A DNA stretch of 52,726 nt from an uncultured bacterium (lineage in GTDB: Bacteria; Actinomycetota; Humimicrobiia; Humimicrobiales; Humimicrobiaceae): assembly GCA_965549355.1 (NCBI GenBank), contig CBEVGD010000001.1, forward strand, positions 1 through 52,726, read 5' to 3'. Under the pieces are notes generated by a model. The model saw only the letters and a program-made list of their open reading frames with translations. It was not told the DNA's origin and ran no database searches. Every line of letters begins with the position of its first letter. Positions within the stretch are counted from its first letter, which is position 1. Positions 17,804 through 28,370 of this stretch are shown here, one piece after another. The position numbers and the translations under genes are program-made.

Positions 17804-19051
17804 TTACTTATAATATTTTTTTGAAGCTTCTCCTGCCTTAAAAATGGCAAATTTTGTTAGAGGAGGCGAAATTATCTCATTTATAATTACTGATGCTATA
17901 ATAGCATTGATCATTACACTTTCTATGCTTGAAAAGGCAGGCCGCTGCTTAATTAACATTGCAAGCCCTATGGTCACTCCGGCAATCGGGAAAAGACCAA
18001 AACTTAAATATTTCTTAATTTCTGCAGGAGCACGGGAAATAGATGCACCCGCTCTTACTCCGAGATATTTTCCGATAAATCTGGCTATAACCAGTACCGC
18101 AGCTTATATTCCTGCTGTTTTTATTACACCCAAGTCAAAGTGCACTCCGGCCAGTGTGAAAAACATTGCAAATATTATACCTTCTATATTATTTATAACG
18201 CCAAACATATCTTCATTGTTTTTCATTCTATTAACTATTATAAATCCCATTGTCATATTAGCGAGAATACTTGACAACCCGAATGCATTTGATACTCCAA
18301 CACATAAAAAAATTGCACCTCCGACAATAGTGAGGAGCTGCGGTTTCTTTTTAATAAAGCGGCCAATATAGGTCAGCCCAAATCCAAGGATTGTTCCCAG
18401 AAGTATGGAGCCGGCTATATCCATGATTGGGATAACCAGCATCCTGTACAGAGAGATATTTTGAAAACCAGTAATCAATGACTCAGAAACATTTGAACCA
18501 ATAGAATAAGCGATAACAGCAATTGCATCATCCAGCACAATGATTGCAAGCAGTGTTGTGGTAAAAGGGCCCATTGCTTCATATTCTCGCACTATCGCCA
18601 GAGTTGCAGCAGGAGCAGTGGCGCATGATATGGCGCCAAGGATTATAGCCATGGGCAGATAACTATAAAAAGAGGTGGGATTTGATACTCCTGTTCCGAT
18701 AAGAAAAGGCCCAAGAAATAGTACAGATATAGTTACAAATACCCAGGCCCCCAATGCTTCAAAAGGAGTGATTATAGCAATAGCTTTACCAAATTTTTTT
18801 AATTTCTTAAGATATAAACCCCCGCCTACCAGATAACCAATGACCCCCAGACTGATATCAGTAATTACATTTAACTCACCATTAACTATCTCCCCTGGAA
18901 TAATATTTAATAGACTTATAATGATCCCCACAATAATATATCCGCTGATCGTCGGGAACTTTATTTTTCTGGCAGTAAAACCGCCGAGAAGGCCGATTAT
19001 CACAATCAGCCCAACGGCTAATATTGCATTCATCTCAAAATTCAGATCCAT
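17804..19051 (-). pseudogene. CPA2-family cation:proton antiporter interrupted by one in-frame TAA
   Basis: A 315-aa ORF (18107-19051) ends ...DLGVIKTAGI at TAA 18104-18106. The same frame continues for 99 more codons (AAVLVIARFIGKYLGVRAGASISRAPAEIKKYLSFGLFPIAGVTIGLAMLI...) to TAA 17804-17806. Together they make a normal ~415-aa Na+/H+-exchanger domain. Confidence 0.75.
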
Positions 19052-19133
19052 CTATAGATGCTCCCTCAATACAAACAATAAACTCTTATTTCTATATATA
19101 ATAAATAAACTTAAAAAAGCACCGGACCTGATA

Positions 19134-21962
19134 TCAATATGAGACTCCTGACTTTTGCCTTTTGTAGATAATCTCATTTATAAAATTGATCAGCATCACC
19201 GGGATCACGGAACATGCGATTATGATTAGCCAGTGATTAGTGCCAAGCCTTTCCATCTCAAATACTTTCTGAAGCCACGGTATATAAATGATCGCAATCT
19301 GAAGCAGGATTGAAACCAGTACGGCAAGATTTAAATATTTATTTCCGAAAATATATTTGCTGAATATGCCTTTATCTTCAAACCTGAAATTATATGTGTG
19401 CAGCAGCTGGGTTATAACAAGTGTCGTAAAGACCATGGTTTGAAAGATGTGGGGATTGTTCCCAAATAATATCGGTGCGCTGAAGTATACAAATAATGCA
19501 CCCAGAGTCATTATAAAGCCCTGCCACGCGACTGTTAAGAGCCTTCTGGAGCTAAGTATAGGCTCCTTCCGTTTTGCTGCTTTTCTATCCATTATATTAT
19601 TTTCAGGAGGATCTATTCCCAGAGCCATAGCCGGGAGCCCATCTGTTATAAGATTCATCCAGAGTATCTGGACCGGCAGGAGAGGTATATAGAGAAAACC
19701 TCTCTGTCCCGTAAGCATGTAGAAAATGTAATCGCCCACTACTATGGATACAAACATAATAAGGACTTCGGAGATATTGCAGGAAAGCAGAAACAATATA
19801 AATTTTTTCAGGTTGTCATAGATCACCCTCCCCTGCTTGACAGCCTTTACAATAGTTGCAAAGTTATCATCAGTGAGGATCATATCGCTGGCTTCCTTGC
19901 TTACATCCGTTCCCACTATCCCCATAGCTATGCCAATATCGGCTTTCTTAAGCGAGGGTGCATCATTGATACCGTCTCCTGTCATCGCCACAATATGCTG
20001 TTTCTTCTTCAGGGCACCTACTATAGTGACTTTATTTGAAGGGGAAACGCGTGCAAAGATACTTATATCTTCAATCTGTAGCTCAAGCTCCTCTTCTGAC
20101 ATCCGGTCAAGCTCGATTCCATCTATGACTCTTTCGCCGGCATCAAGGATGCCAAGTTCCTTACCTATTGCTGCTGCGGTGATCCTGTGGTCCCCTGTCA
20201 CCATCACTACTTTTATATTCGCTTTTTTGCATTTTTGTATTGCAGCATAGACCTCGGGTCTTGGCGGATCTATCATTCCTACCATTCCCAGGTATACAAG
20301 CTCTTCTTCCTCTTTTTTAATATTTTTTTCTTCCGGAAGGCTTTCCATATATTTGAATGCAAAAGCAAGATTGCGCATGGCTCTTTCAGCAAGGAGGGAA
20401 TTATTTTTATTTATTATATTCCTATCATCTCCGGTGATATCGACGATCTCTCCGCCCCTGATCATTCTGGTGCATTTTTCTATTATTACCTCAGGGGCAC
20501 CTTTGGAAAATAATATATATTCACTATTATTGTCCTTTCTTTCGCTTTCAGGGATGAGGTTTATGGTAGTCATCATCTTCCTGATTGAATCGAAAGGCTC
20601 TTCCATCTCTCTTGAATGCTTTCTCTCAAGAGTTTCTTTATCAAGGGAATAGGAGTCAGCAAGCTCTATCAGTGCTGCTTCGGTGGGGTCTCCGGTGATA
20701 TCGCAGTTTTCCCTATCTATATAATAAGCATCATTGCAGAGTACGGAGTTCTTAAGAAGCAGCTCAAGCGCCATATCCCCGTCAATATCTTTTAAATCAA
20801 AATAATTTCTTTCGCAGGACTTACTGGATTTTTTTATATATTCATCAAAATCAGAGACCGGTTCCAGTCCGCTGTATATCTTTCTTACCATCATTTTGTT
20901 TTGTGTAAGGGTCCCGGTCTTATCGGTGCATATGACGGATACGCCTCCAAGGGTCTCTACTGAACTCGATTTTCTCACTATGGCATTGTTTTTTGCCATC
21001 CTCTGTACGCCAAGGGCAAGAGAGACCGTAACTATTGCCGGAAGTCCTTCAGGAATAGCTGCAACAGCAAGAGCTACAGCTACCAGCAGCATTTGCGCGA
21101 CAGAATTTCCTTTAAGTATGCCTGATCCAAAAACCACTGCGCTGACAACAAGACAGATTATCCCTATCCTTCTACTTACCGTCTTCAGTTCGACTTGAAG
21201 CGGTGTCATTCCATCTTCTTCCTGGACCATGCTGGCTATCCTGCCGATCTCGGTATTCTGGCCCGTTCCTATGACTACTGCTCTGCACCGCCCCTTAACA
21301 ATAGTCGTACCTCCAAATAAAAGATTTTTCTTGTCTCCGAGAGGAATAAGCTTCTTAATTATAATAGCGGATACCTTGCTTACAGGCAGGGATTCACCCG
21401 TAAGGATTGCCTCATCTGCCTGCAGGTTCACCTGAGATATTATGCGGGAGTCCGCAGGGACAAGGTCTCCAGCGGAAAGCTTTATTATATCGCCGGGGAC
21501 CAGTTCTTTTGAGTAAATATTCTTTTCCCTGCCCCCCCTTATAACAAGAGCTCCCGGCGAGGCAAGCTCCTTTAATGCCTGGAGCGCCCTTTCGGCCCTG
21601 AATTCCTGCACGAATCCAAGAACTGAATTTATTACAAGGATTATAAGTATTACGATGGCATCAGTTATTTCTCTTATTATAATACCGGATATAAATGCTG
21701 CTGCTATCAATATCCATATCATAAAATCATTAAACTGGGATATGAATATCTTGAAAGGAGTTCTCCCCTTTTTTTCCTCAAGCTGATTTGGCCCGTATTT
21801 TTCAAGCTTCGCCCTGGCGGATTTTTCACTTAAACCTTTTTCAAGATCCGCGCCCAATAGCTCAGACACATCCCCGACAGCAGTATTGTGCCATAGAGTT
21901 TCCTGTTCATTATTATATTTTACTTCTATTTTGAGCTCCCCTGTTTTTAGATAAAATATCAT
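19134..21962 (-). CDS. P-type ATPase, type IIA (SERCA/PMCA-like Ca2+-transporting)
   Basis: Motifs: LTGES, IPEGLP, the phosphorylation site CTDKTGTLTQN, TGDHRITA and TGDGINDAPSLKKADIGIAMG, plus 10 TM segments. The start is uncertain, either ATG 21962 or TTG 21995. Confidence 0.85.
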   Translation of the reverse strand: MIFYLKTGELKIEVKYNNEQETLWHNTAVGDVSELLGADLEKGLSEKSARAKLEKYGPNQLEEKKGRTPFKIFISQFNDFMIWILIAAAFISGIIIREITDAIVILIILVINSVLGFVQEFRAERALQALKELASPGALVIRGGREKNIYSKELVPGDIIKLSAGDLVPADSRIISQVNLQADEAILTGESLPVSKVSAIIIKKLIPLGDKKNLLFGGTTIVKGRCRAVVIGTGQNTEIGRIASMVQEEDGMTPLQVELKTVSRRIGIICLVVSAVVFGSGILKGNSVAQMLLVAVALAVAAIPEGLPAIVTVSLALGVQRMAKNNAIVRKSSSVETLGGVSVICTDKTGTLTQNKMMVRKIYSGLEPVSDFDEYIKKSSKSCERNYFDLKDIDGDMALELLLKNSVLCNDAYYIDRENCDITGDPTEAALIELADSYSLDKETLERKHSREMEEPFDSIRKMMTTINLIPESERKDNNSEYILFSKGAPEVIIEKCTRMIRGGEIVDITGDDRNIINKNNSLLAERAMRNLAFAFKYMESLPEEKNIKKEEEELVYLGMVGMIDPPRPEVYAAIQKCKKANIKVVMVTGDHRITAAAIGKELGILDAGERVIDGIELDRMSEEELELQIEDISIFARVSPSNKVTIVGALKKKQHIVAMTGDGINDAPSLKKADIGIAMGIVGTDVSKEASDMILTDDNFATIVKAVKQGRVIYDNLKKFILFLLSCNISEVLIMFVSIVVGDYIFYMLTGQRGFLYIPLLPVQILWMNLITDGLPAMALGIDPPENNIMDRKAAKRKEPILSSRRLLTVAWQGFIMTLGALFVYFSAPILFGNNPHIFQTMVFTTLVITQLLHTYNFRFEDKGIFSKYIFGNKYLNLAVLVSILLQIAIIYIPWLQKVFEMERLGTNHWLIIIACSVIPVMLINFINEIIYKRQKSGVSY

Positions 21963-22055
21963 TAAAGTTTTATCATTAATACAATATTTGGGCAACAGTA
22001 AAAATAATGAAATAAGATATTATATAATTAAGATTTATTTGATTGCGACAAAATT

Positions 22056-22913
22056 TTAGTCTGTCCAGATGTCATGAAAAAGCTCCCACTCTATAATATG
22101 TTCTCTGATATATTTTTCCATGATGGGTATGATTTTTTTCATGTTTTTCTCTATTAATTCTTCTTTTTCTCCAGAAAGTTCAAGCTCAACAGGCTCCCCG
22201 ATTATCTGTTGGTGCATATATTTCCCATCTCTCCAGATAAAGCAGGGAATCAGTGCGGCACCTGATCTCAGGGCCAGCTGGAGTGCTCCGGTAGGAAGAT
22301 TGGCCTTCTTGCCGAAAAAATCAAAGGGTCTTGCCGACTTTCCAGTAGAGTCCCAGTCTAATGGAACGGCCACTATCTCATTATTCCTAAGATGCCTGAA
22401 GACATGATGTATCCTATTTACATATACTGTCAAGAAACCTTTTGACAGGCGGTTAGACTCGAAAAATCTATTGGTCCTCTCGCTTTTTCTAAAAAGGGTG
22501 ATCCCCCAGATCTTATAGCCTTCAACGCCTATTCTGCTGGCGGCCCATTCAAAATTTCCGATATGGCAGGAAAAAATAACGACTCCCTTGCCTTTCTTTA
22601 GCCCTTTTCTAAGATTTTCAAGACCCTCTATCTTTATCCTTTGCTTTAATTTTTCTCTGGAGACGACTTTGTGCTTTAAGAAATCTGTAATATTTTTCCC
22701 CCAGTTTATAAATATCCTTTTAGCTATGCGGTGGACCTCCGGATCGCCTATATCCTTTTTCAGGACTATGGATATGTTTTTTTTGATACAATCCACACTT
22801 GATCCTGTAGCAAACCAGAGTCTTGCTCCTCCGGATGCGGCAATATATGCAAGCGGATAGGGGAGAAGGATGATAAATAGCTCAAGCAATCTGTAACCAA
22901 GATATGTGAACAT
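22056..22913 (-). CDS. LpxL/HtrB-family lysophospholipid (lipid A-type) acyltransferase
   Basis: ATG 22913 follows AAAGGAG. N-terminal TM segment, then CHIGNFEW (the HX4E/D acyltransferase motif) and the overall PF03279-like layout. Confidence 0.65.
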   Translation of the reverse strand: MFTYLGYRLLELFIILLPYPLAYIAASGGARLWFATGSSVDCIKKNISIVLKKDIGDPEVHRIAKRIFINWGKNITDFLKHKVVSREKLKQRIKIEGLENLRKGLKKGKGVVIFSCHIGNFEWAASRIGVEGYKIWGITLFRKSERTNRFFESNRLSKGFLTVYVNRIHHVFRHLRNNEIVAVPLDWDSTGKSARPFDFFGKKANLPTGALQLALRSGAALIPCFIWRDGKYMHQQIIGEPVELELSGEKEELIEKNMKKIIPIMEKYIREHIIEWELFHDIWTD

Positions 22914-23067
22914 CACAACTCCTTTCAAGCCTATATTTATATTGCAATATGGGCAAAAATCATATTATAAAGCACTATGTCAGGAGACGGTTAGATACTA
23001 TAATAATAGATTTTAGGAATAATTTAAATTAAAAACATGCTGTAAATGGCTAAAAACAACAAAACTA

Positions 23068-23520
23068 TTATTTTTTCTTTAGGCGGGTCAGCTCATTTGT
23101 AAACTGTCTTATACTGTCAAATTGTTTGTAGACAGAAGCAAATCTGATATATGCTACCTTATCAAGACCCTTTAGCCTTTTCAGCACAAGATTTCCAAGC
23201 TCCCTGGAATTGATCTCGCTTCCCGGCATATCGGTTATCTCATTTTCGATATCATCTACGAGTTCGTTTAAGGTCCCCACATTTATATTTCTTTTGATGC
23301 ATGCCCGGATAAGGCCGCTTAATATCTTATTGCGGTCGAAAGGCTCGCGGGTATTATCCTTTTTTATGACAGCAATAGGCTTGGTCTCAATACGCTCATA
23401 TGTGGTAAATCTTTTACCACATCTTTCGCATTCCCGCCTTCTCCTGACACTATCATTTGCATCAGTGAGTCTTGAGTCGACGACTTTTGTATCAAGGTTT
23501 GTGCAATATGGACATTTCAT
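23068..23520 (-). CDS. nrdR: Transcriptional repressor NrdR
   Basis: 150 aa. The N-terminal zinc ribbon MKCPYC....VVDSR......RRRRECERCGKRFTTYE is followed by an ATP-cone. Confidence 0.95.
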   Translation of the reverse strand: MKCPYCTNLDTKVVDSRLTDANDSVRRRRECERCGKRFTTYERIETKPIAVIKKDNTREPFDRNKILSGLIRACIKRNINVGTLNELVDDIENEITDMPGSEINSRELGNLVLKRLKGLDKVAYIRFASVYKQFDSIRQFTNELTRLKKK

Positions 23521-23587
23521 TATTTATACTTACTCTCTTTTATTTCTATATTATATTAATTGTCCTGATATTTATACAGCAGTTCCA

Positions 23588-24235
23588 TTATGCTTCTTTG
23601 AAAAACGGTCTGAAGAGCTTCTTTATAATAGGGCTCATATCCCTGCGTTCTCTGGTAAAATATTCTTTTAAAAGCGATGCGCATTTTATTCCGCAAAACA
23701 GTGTTATCAGCAGACCGAATAACAGCCACCAGGCACTGCCCTCCCGGAACCACAGGAAAAACCCCAATACAAAAAACCCTGTAATTGTTGAAAGATAAGT
23801 ATCCTTCATGACCACAAGGTTTATTGGGATTATTATCAAGCAAAGGATAAGAAGGGACCATGGGGAAAGGTAAAATATTCCTCCAAGAAAGGCGGCTACA
23901 CCCTTTCCTCCCTTAAAACCCAGATAGATCATCCAGTTATGTCCCACAACTGCTGCAACCACAGCCCATAGAGGGATAAAGGGATGTCCGTCCGAGAATC
24001 TGTCTGCCAGGGAAGCAACCAGAAAACCTTTTAAGATATCGGCAATAATGACTATTATTCCGGGGATCTTCCCCACGCTTGAGATAGCATTCATGCCTCC
24101 TACATTGCGCGTCCCTGCCTTCAGGATATCTACACCTCTGATCTTCCCGGCAATAAATGCGGAAGGAAAAGATCCTATCATATATGCTGCAAGAAGTATG
24201 GCCGCTGTATTGAGATAAAAGTTTTCTACTATCAT
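23588..24235 (-). CDS. plsY: PlsY-family glycerol-3-phosphate acyltransferase
   Basis: 215 aa. IGSFPSAFIAGK, GTRNVGGMNA (motif 1-like), DILKG and HNWMIYLGFKGGKGVA. Confidence 0.75.
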   Translation of the reverse strand: MIVENFYLNTAAILLAAYMIGSFPSAFIAGKIRGVDILKAGTRNVGGMNAISSVGKIPGIIVIIADILKGFLVASLADRFSDGHPFIPLWAVVAAVVGHNWMIYLGFKGGKGVAAFLGGIFYLSPWSLLILCLIIIPINLVVMKDTYLSTITGFFVLGFFLWFREGSAWWLLFGLLITLFCGIKCASLLKEYFTRERRDMSPIIKKLFRPFFKEA

Positions 24236-24443
24236 ATAAATGTATAAAAATAAAATTTTTTATATTTTATCATATTTATTAATTCTAATATAATCACAGC
24301 TGCCATTAGAAATGACTTTTTAAAAGTGCACTTTTGATTCTTAAATAACAATCATCAATTTTAATCTTGACATAAATGATATTGTCTGGAATATTAGTTG
24401 AATAGTTGTTCATATATGATAATAAGATTAAATAAAAGCAAGT

Positions 24444-24806
24444 ATGAAAAAAGTCAAAGAAGAAGTTTGCGAGGTCACTTATATTGATGAAAGGAAAGTG
24501 TCTTCAGTCAAAAAGAGATTGAAAGACGATGGGACCATGCAGCTCCTCTCGGAGACATTTAAAGTGCTCGGTGATCCGACAAGAATAAAAATAATCTATT
24601 CTCTGTCACTGGAGGAACTCTGCGTATGTGATATTGCAAATCTACTGGGCACATCAAAGTCTGCAGTCTCGCATCAATTGAGAATACTGCGGAATATGAG
24701 ACTGGTAAAATACAGAAAAGATGGCAAGAAAGCTTTCTATTCTCTGGATGACAGCCATATCAATAATCTTTTTGCTGAAGGTCTAAAACATATTGAAGAA
24801 AAATAA
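24444..24806 (+). CDS. ArsR/SmtB-family metalloregulator (CadC-like)
   Basis: 120 aa. LGDPTRIKIIYSL..EELCVCDIANLLG.SKSAVSHQLRILR is a wHTH carrying the alpha3 CVC metal site. Confidence 0.85.
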   Translation: MKKVKEEVCEVTYIDERKVSSVKKRLKDDGTMQLLSETFKVLGDPTRIKIIYSLSLEELCVCDIANLLGTSKSAVSHQLRILRNMRLVKYRKDGKKAFYSLDDSHINNLFAEGLKHIEEK

Positions 24807-24854
24807 CCCTATGTATCGATCAATAAATTTTAAAATGAAAGAAGGCCCATATAT

Positions 24855-26744
24855 ATGCAGGGACTCCTAAAAAACATAAAATTCCGGTGGCTGCTGGCAG
24901 CACTAATAGTAGTTATCCCATTTCTGGTTTTATCCTATTTTTCTACCAATGCTCCTTTATGGATCGAGCTTCCTATATTTCTAGCAATTATTATTCTTGC
25001 TGGAAGAAAAGTCTTTTTAAGTGCTTTTAAAAGTCTTATCAGATTTAAATTTTCCAATATAAATCTTTTAATGGCTATAGCTGCTATAGGAGCATTTTTT
25101 TTAAGGCAGTTCGAAGAAGCAGCTATTATAATAATCCTATTTGCTATTGGCGGGGAATTAGAAGAATTTGGAATAGAAAGAAGTCAGACTGCTTTAAAAA
25201 AGTTAATTGACAGCGCTCCTAAAACTGCCATTGTAAAGGGAAGTGAAATTGAGGTCCCGGTAGAAAATATAGAGATCGGTGAAGTTATAGTAGTAAAGCC
25301 TGGCGACATTATTCCAATGGATGGAATAGTAGCACATGGGGATTCTCTGGTCGATGAATCCACCATAACTGGTGAACCGCTTCCAAAAAATAAATATTTA
25401 AATGATCCTGTATATGCAGGAACGACAAATGGCTCTGGTTATCTTGAGGTAAAAGTCACTAAAAAATCAAAAGATAATACACTTTCTAAAATTATTGACC
25501 TGACATATAAGTCAGTAGAAAAGAAAATAACGGCACAAAGATTTATTGAAAAGTTTGCAAAGATCTATACGCCGATTGTCATGCTGGCAGCTATTTTGCT
25601 TGTGATCATTCCTGTAGTTTTATTAAAAAAACCATTTGACTATTGGTTTACACAGGCCCTTACATTACTGATCATTTCCTGTCCCTGCGCACTTGTGATC
25701 TCAACTCCCGTTACAATTTTTTCAGCATTGGGCAATGCGTCCAAAAAGGGTGTCCTGATAAAAGGGGGTCTATTCTTAGAAGAAATGGGAAATTTAAGGG
25801 CCATTGCATTTGACAAAACAAAGACATTAACAGAAGGTGAACCGATTGTCTCTGATATCATCCCGCTTGATGGTTTTACTGAAAGTGAAGTCATCGCCTG
25901 TGCTGCCGGACTGGAAGTCTTCTCCGGGCATCCTATTGCAAAAAGTATTGTAAAAAAGGCAAAGGAGATCGGAGCAGAACCTCATATATTTAAGGGCTTT
26001 CAATCAGTGACCGGGAGAGGATTGGAAGGAGAATGCACCGTTTGTGTAAATAAAAAACATTTTCTTGGAAATATCAAATTCATTAGTGAAAAACAGGATA
26101 CAGGCAATGATGAATTTATTTATAAGAAAATTGATGAACTTGAAAAACAGGGCAAAACAATCATTGTTATGAGTGATAATGAAAGGGTAAAAGGGATACT
26201 TGCCATAACTGATGAAATAAGAGAGGAAAGCAAAGAGCTGATATCAGGTCTTTTGGACCTTAATATTAAACCGGTCATATTGACTGGAGACAATAAAGCT
26301 TCAGCAGGATTTGTAGCTTCGAATCTGGGAATAGAGACTGTCAGGGCAGAACTTCTTCCAGAGGACAAAGTGACAGAACTGGAAAAATTAATTGATAAGT
26401 ACAAAAATGTTGCAATGGCCGGTGATGGAGTGAATGATGCGCCTGCTCTCGCCACTGCTTCAGTTGGGATCGCTATGGGCGCGACAGGTTCTGATATAGC
26501 TATAGAGAACGCTGATATAGCGCTTTTAAACGATAATTTAGCCATACTGCCTTATCTTATAAGGCTTGGGAAAAAAGCTGTAGGGATAATAAAGTTTAAT
26601 ATTACCCTCGCTATTTCAATAAAGCTTCTTTTCCTGGTTCTGGCGGCTTTCGGCCTGAGCAATTTATCACTGGCGATTTTTGCTGATGTCGGGATCACGG
26701 TCCTGGTGATTATTAATGGATTAAGGCTGTATGGTTATAAATAA
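24855..26744 (+). CDS. P1B-type heavy-metal (Cd/Zn/Co-type) translocating ATPase without an N-terminal HMA domain
   Basis: 629 aa. ITGEP, the TM CPC motif (ISCPCALVISTP), DKTKTLTEG, LTGDN and GDGVNDAPALA. The ORF begins directly with TM helices. Confidence 0.85.
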   Translation: MQGLLKNIKFRWLLAALIVVIPFLVLSYFSTNAPLWIELPIFLAIIILAGRKVFLSAFKSLIRFKFSNINLLMAIAAIGAFFLRQFEEAAIIIILFAIGGELEEFGIERSQTALKKLIDSAPKTAIVKGSEIEVPVENIEIGEVIVVKPGDIIPMDGIVAHGDSLVDESTITGEPLPKNKYLNDPVYAGTTNGSGYLEVKVTKKSKDNTLSKIIDLTYKSVEKKITAQRFIEKFAKIYTPIVMLAAILLVIIPVVLLKKPFDYWFTQALTLLIISCPCALVISTPVTIFSALGNASKKGVLIKGGLFLEEMGNLRAIAFDKTKTLTEGEPIVSDIIPLDGFTESEVIACAAGLEVFSGHPIAKSIVKKAKEIGAEPHIFKGFQSVTGRGLEGECTVCVNKKHFLGNIKFISEKQDTGNDEFIYKKIDELEKQGKTIIVMSDNERVKGILAITDEIREESKELISGLLDLNIKPVILTGDNKASAGFVASNLGIETVRAELLPEDKVTELEKLIDKYKNVAMAGDGVNDAPALATASVGIAMGATGSDIAIENADIALLNDNLAILPYLIRLGKKAVGIIKFNITLAISIKLLFLVLAAFGLSNLSLAIFADVGITVLVIINGLRLYGYK

Positions 26745-26912
26745 AATTTATATAGATATTGATACCGTGTCTCTTGGAAAACTTTTCATACATAAAATAT
26801 TTAAGATGCTTCTATTCAGGGGTCTTATCACGGAAAGGATATAAAAGAGTTCAGCTGTCTTGAATGGATGGCACTCCTTGTCTCCCAAATGCCGGATAGG
26901 GGAAGGCAGACG

Positions 26913-26932
26913 TTATGTTGAGCTCAACATAA
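26913..26932. repeat. Perfect 20-bp palindrome
   Basis: TTATGTTGAGCTCAACATAA equals its own reverse complement. It lies in the 253-bp non-coding gap between the ATPase and GNAT genes. Confidence 0.8.
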
Positions 26933-26997
26933 TAGACAGCAAGCAGTCAGTCAAATTATCACTTCCAATAGTCGTTTACATTTAATAAGATAAAAGT

Positions 26998-27588
26998 ATG
27001 ATTATTAATAAAGGATTACCAGGAAAATTTAAAGATAGTGCGGCAGACTTATTCTTAAATGCACTTGGAGAAAAATTCATTCCTATTCTTGGTGAAAAGA
27101 ATAAGGCAAAAGAAGCAATAGAGTTGTCAATTAATCAAGATAATTGCTTTTCAGCAGAGAATGAATCAAAGTTATTAGGTTTCCTGGCATTTCAAATTAA
27201 TGAAACTTCCTTTTTAAATCCTTCGCTTGCTATATTAATATCTGTATACGGATTATTTAGCGGTATCTTAAAAGCTATAGGTCTTTCAATGCTTGAGTAT
27301 AAAACAAATTCCAATGAAATCCATATTGAAGCTATTGCAGTAGATGAATCAGCCCGCGGCAAAGGAATTGGAACAAAACTACTTGATGCTATTTTTCAGC
27401 TAGCCAGTGAAAAAAGATATAAAACTATTACTCTGGAGGTAATAGATATAAATCCAAGAGCAAGAGAATTATATGAAAGAATAGGTTTTGAAGTGGTGAA
27501 GCAAAGTAGAATCTGGCCCTTAAACAAACTGATAGGCTGGCCATTTAATAAAGTATTTTTAATGAAAAAAGAGATAAGCTTAAAATAA
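26998..27588 (+). CDS. GNAT-family N-acetyltransferase
   Basis: 196 aa. The acetyl-CoA motif A is IAVDESARGKGIGTKLLD, followed by ...LEV...N.RARELYERIGFEVV. Confidence 0.8.
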   Translation: MIINKGLPGKFKDSAADLFLNALGEKFIPILGEKNKAKEAIELSINQDNCFSAENESKLLGFLAFQINETSFLNPSLAILISVYGLFSGILKAIGLSMLEYKTNSNEIHIEAIAVDESARGKGIGTKLLDAIFQLASEKRYKTITLEVIDINPRARELYERIGFEVVKQSRIWPLNKLIGWPFNKVFLMKKEISLK

Positions 27589-27601
27589 TATCGAACCATA
27601 C

Positions 27602-28174
27602 ATGGGTGATAAACTAAAAAAAAGAATAAAAGAATTAATCCGTGAAGAGATCGCAGTTGTTCCATATAATCCAGCATTCCCTGGGATGTTCGAAGATGAA
27701 GCCACTTTTTTGTGGAAGAAGTTGCCTCATAATATTATTAAAAGGATTGAGCATTTTGGCAGTACAGCGGTTACCGGACTTTCTGCCAAGCCTATAATTG
27801 ATATCCTGGTAGAAGTTTCAAGCCTTGAAGAGACTAAAAAACAAGTCGTGTCTGTTTTAGAAGGTGAAGGGTATGAATACTTTTGGCGGCCGGCATTTGG
27901 CAATGCTGGCCCTCCATATTATGCGTGGTTCATCAAACGAAATGCAGAAGACAAACGAACGCACCACATTCATATGGTTGAAGCAGATTCTGAATTATGG
28001 GACAGACTTTATTTCAGGGATTATCTCAGACAATTTCCCGCAGAAGCTAAGCGATACGATGAATTAAAAAGAAAATTATCAGAACAGTACCCAAACGACA
28101 GGGTTAAATATACAAAAGAAAAAAGTGAATTCATTTCATCAGTCACAAAAAAAGCAAAAGAATATTTTAAATAA
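27602..28174 (+). CDS. GrpB-family (UPF0157) protein
   Basis: 190 aa. IEHFGSTAV.GL.AKPIIDILV, HHIHMV and FRDYLR..P..A..Y..LK are hallmark GrpB motifs. Confidence 0.8.
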   Translation: MGDKLKKRIKELIREEIAVVPYNPAFPGMFEDEATFLWKKLPHNIIKRIEHFGSTAVTGLSAKPIIDILVEVSSLEETKKQVVSVLEGEGYEYFWRPAFGNAGPPYYAWFIKRNAEDKRTHHIHMVEADSELWDRLYFRDYLRQFPAEAKRYDELKRKLSEQYPNDRVKYTKEKSEFISSVTKKAKEYFK

Positions 28175-28292
28175 TAAACAGTAAAAGAAATGGGCAGGCA
28201 AAAGATGTTTGAGAAAATACTTAGAAAATAATGCTGGTCCTTTATTATATTGAACTTTTAATAGCAGTTTACAAAATAATGAGGCTTAAATT

Positions 28293-28370
28293 ATGAAAAG
28301 ATGTTCCTGGGTCGATCCCGAAAATAAATTATATTGCGTCCATCATAAAAAATATTATAAATTAAATTGA
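28293..28370 (+). pseudogene. Remnant of a DNA-3-methyladenine glycosylase I (Tag) gene
   Basis: A 25-codon ORF, MKRCSWVDPENKLYCVHHKKYYKLN. The first ~14 aa match the conserved Tag N-terminus (RC.W....PLY..YHD.EWG). It then degenerates and stops. Confidence 0.4.

Noticed and set aside
18104-18106. Stop-codon reassignment of TAA as the explanation for the in-frame stop in the antiporter.
   Set aside because: TAA terminates most well-conserved genes in this window at their natural ends, including the first ABC exporter, padR, xylB, the GltS-like transporter and the CE7 esterase. A genome-wide recoding is therefore not supported.
17844-18371. A 175-aa plus-strand ORF.
   Set aside because: It is entirely antisense to the CPA2 antiporter, whose two halves have clear family features. 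It is a typical shadow ORF.
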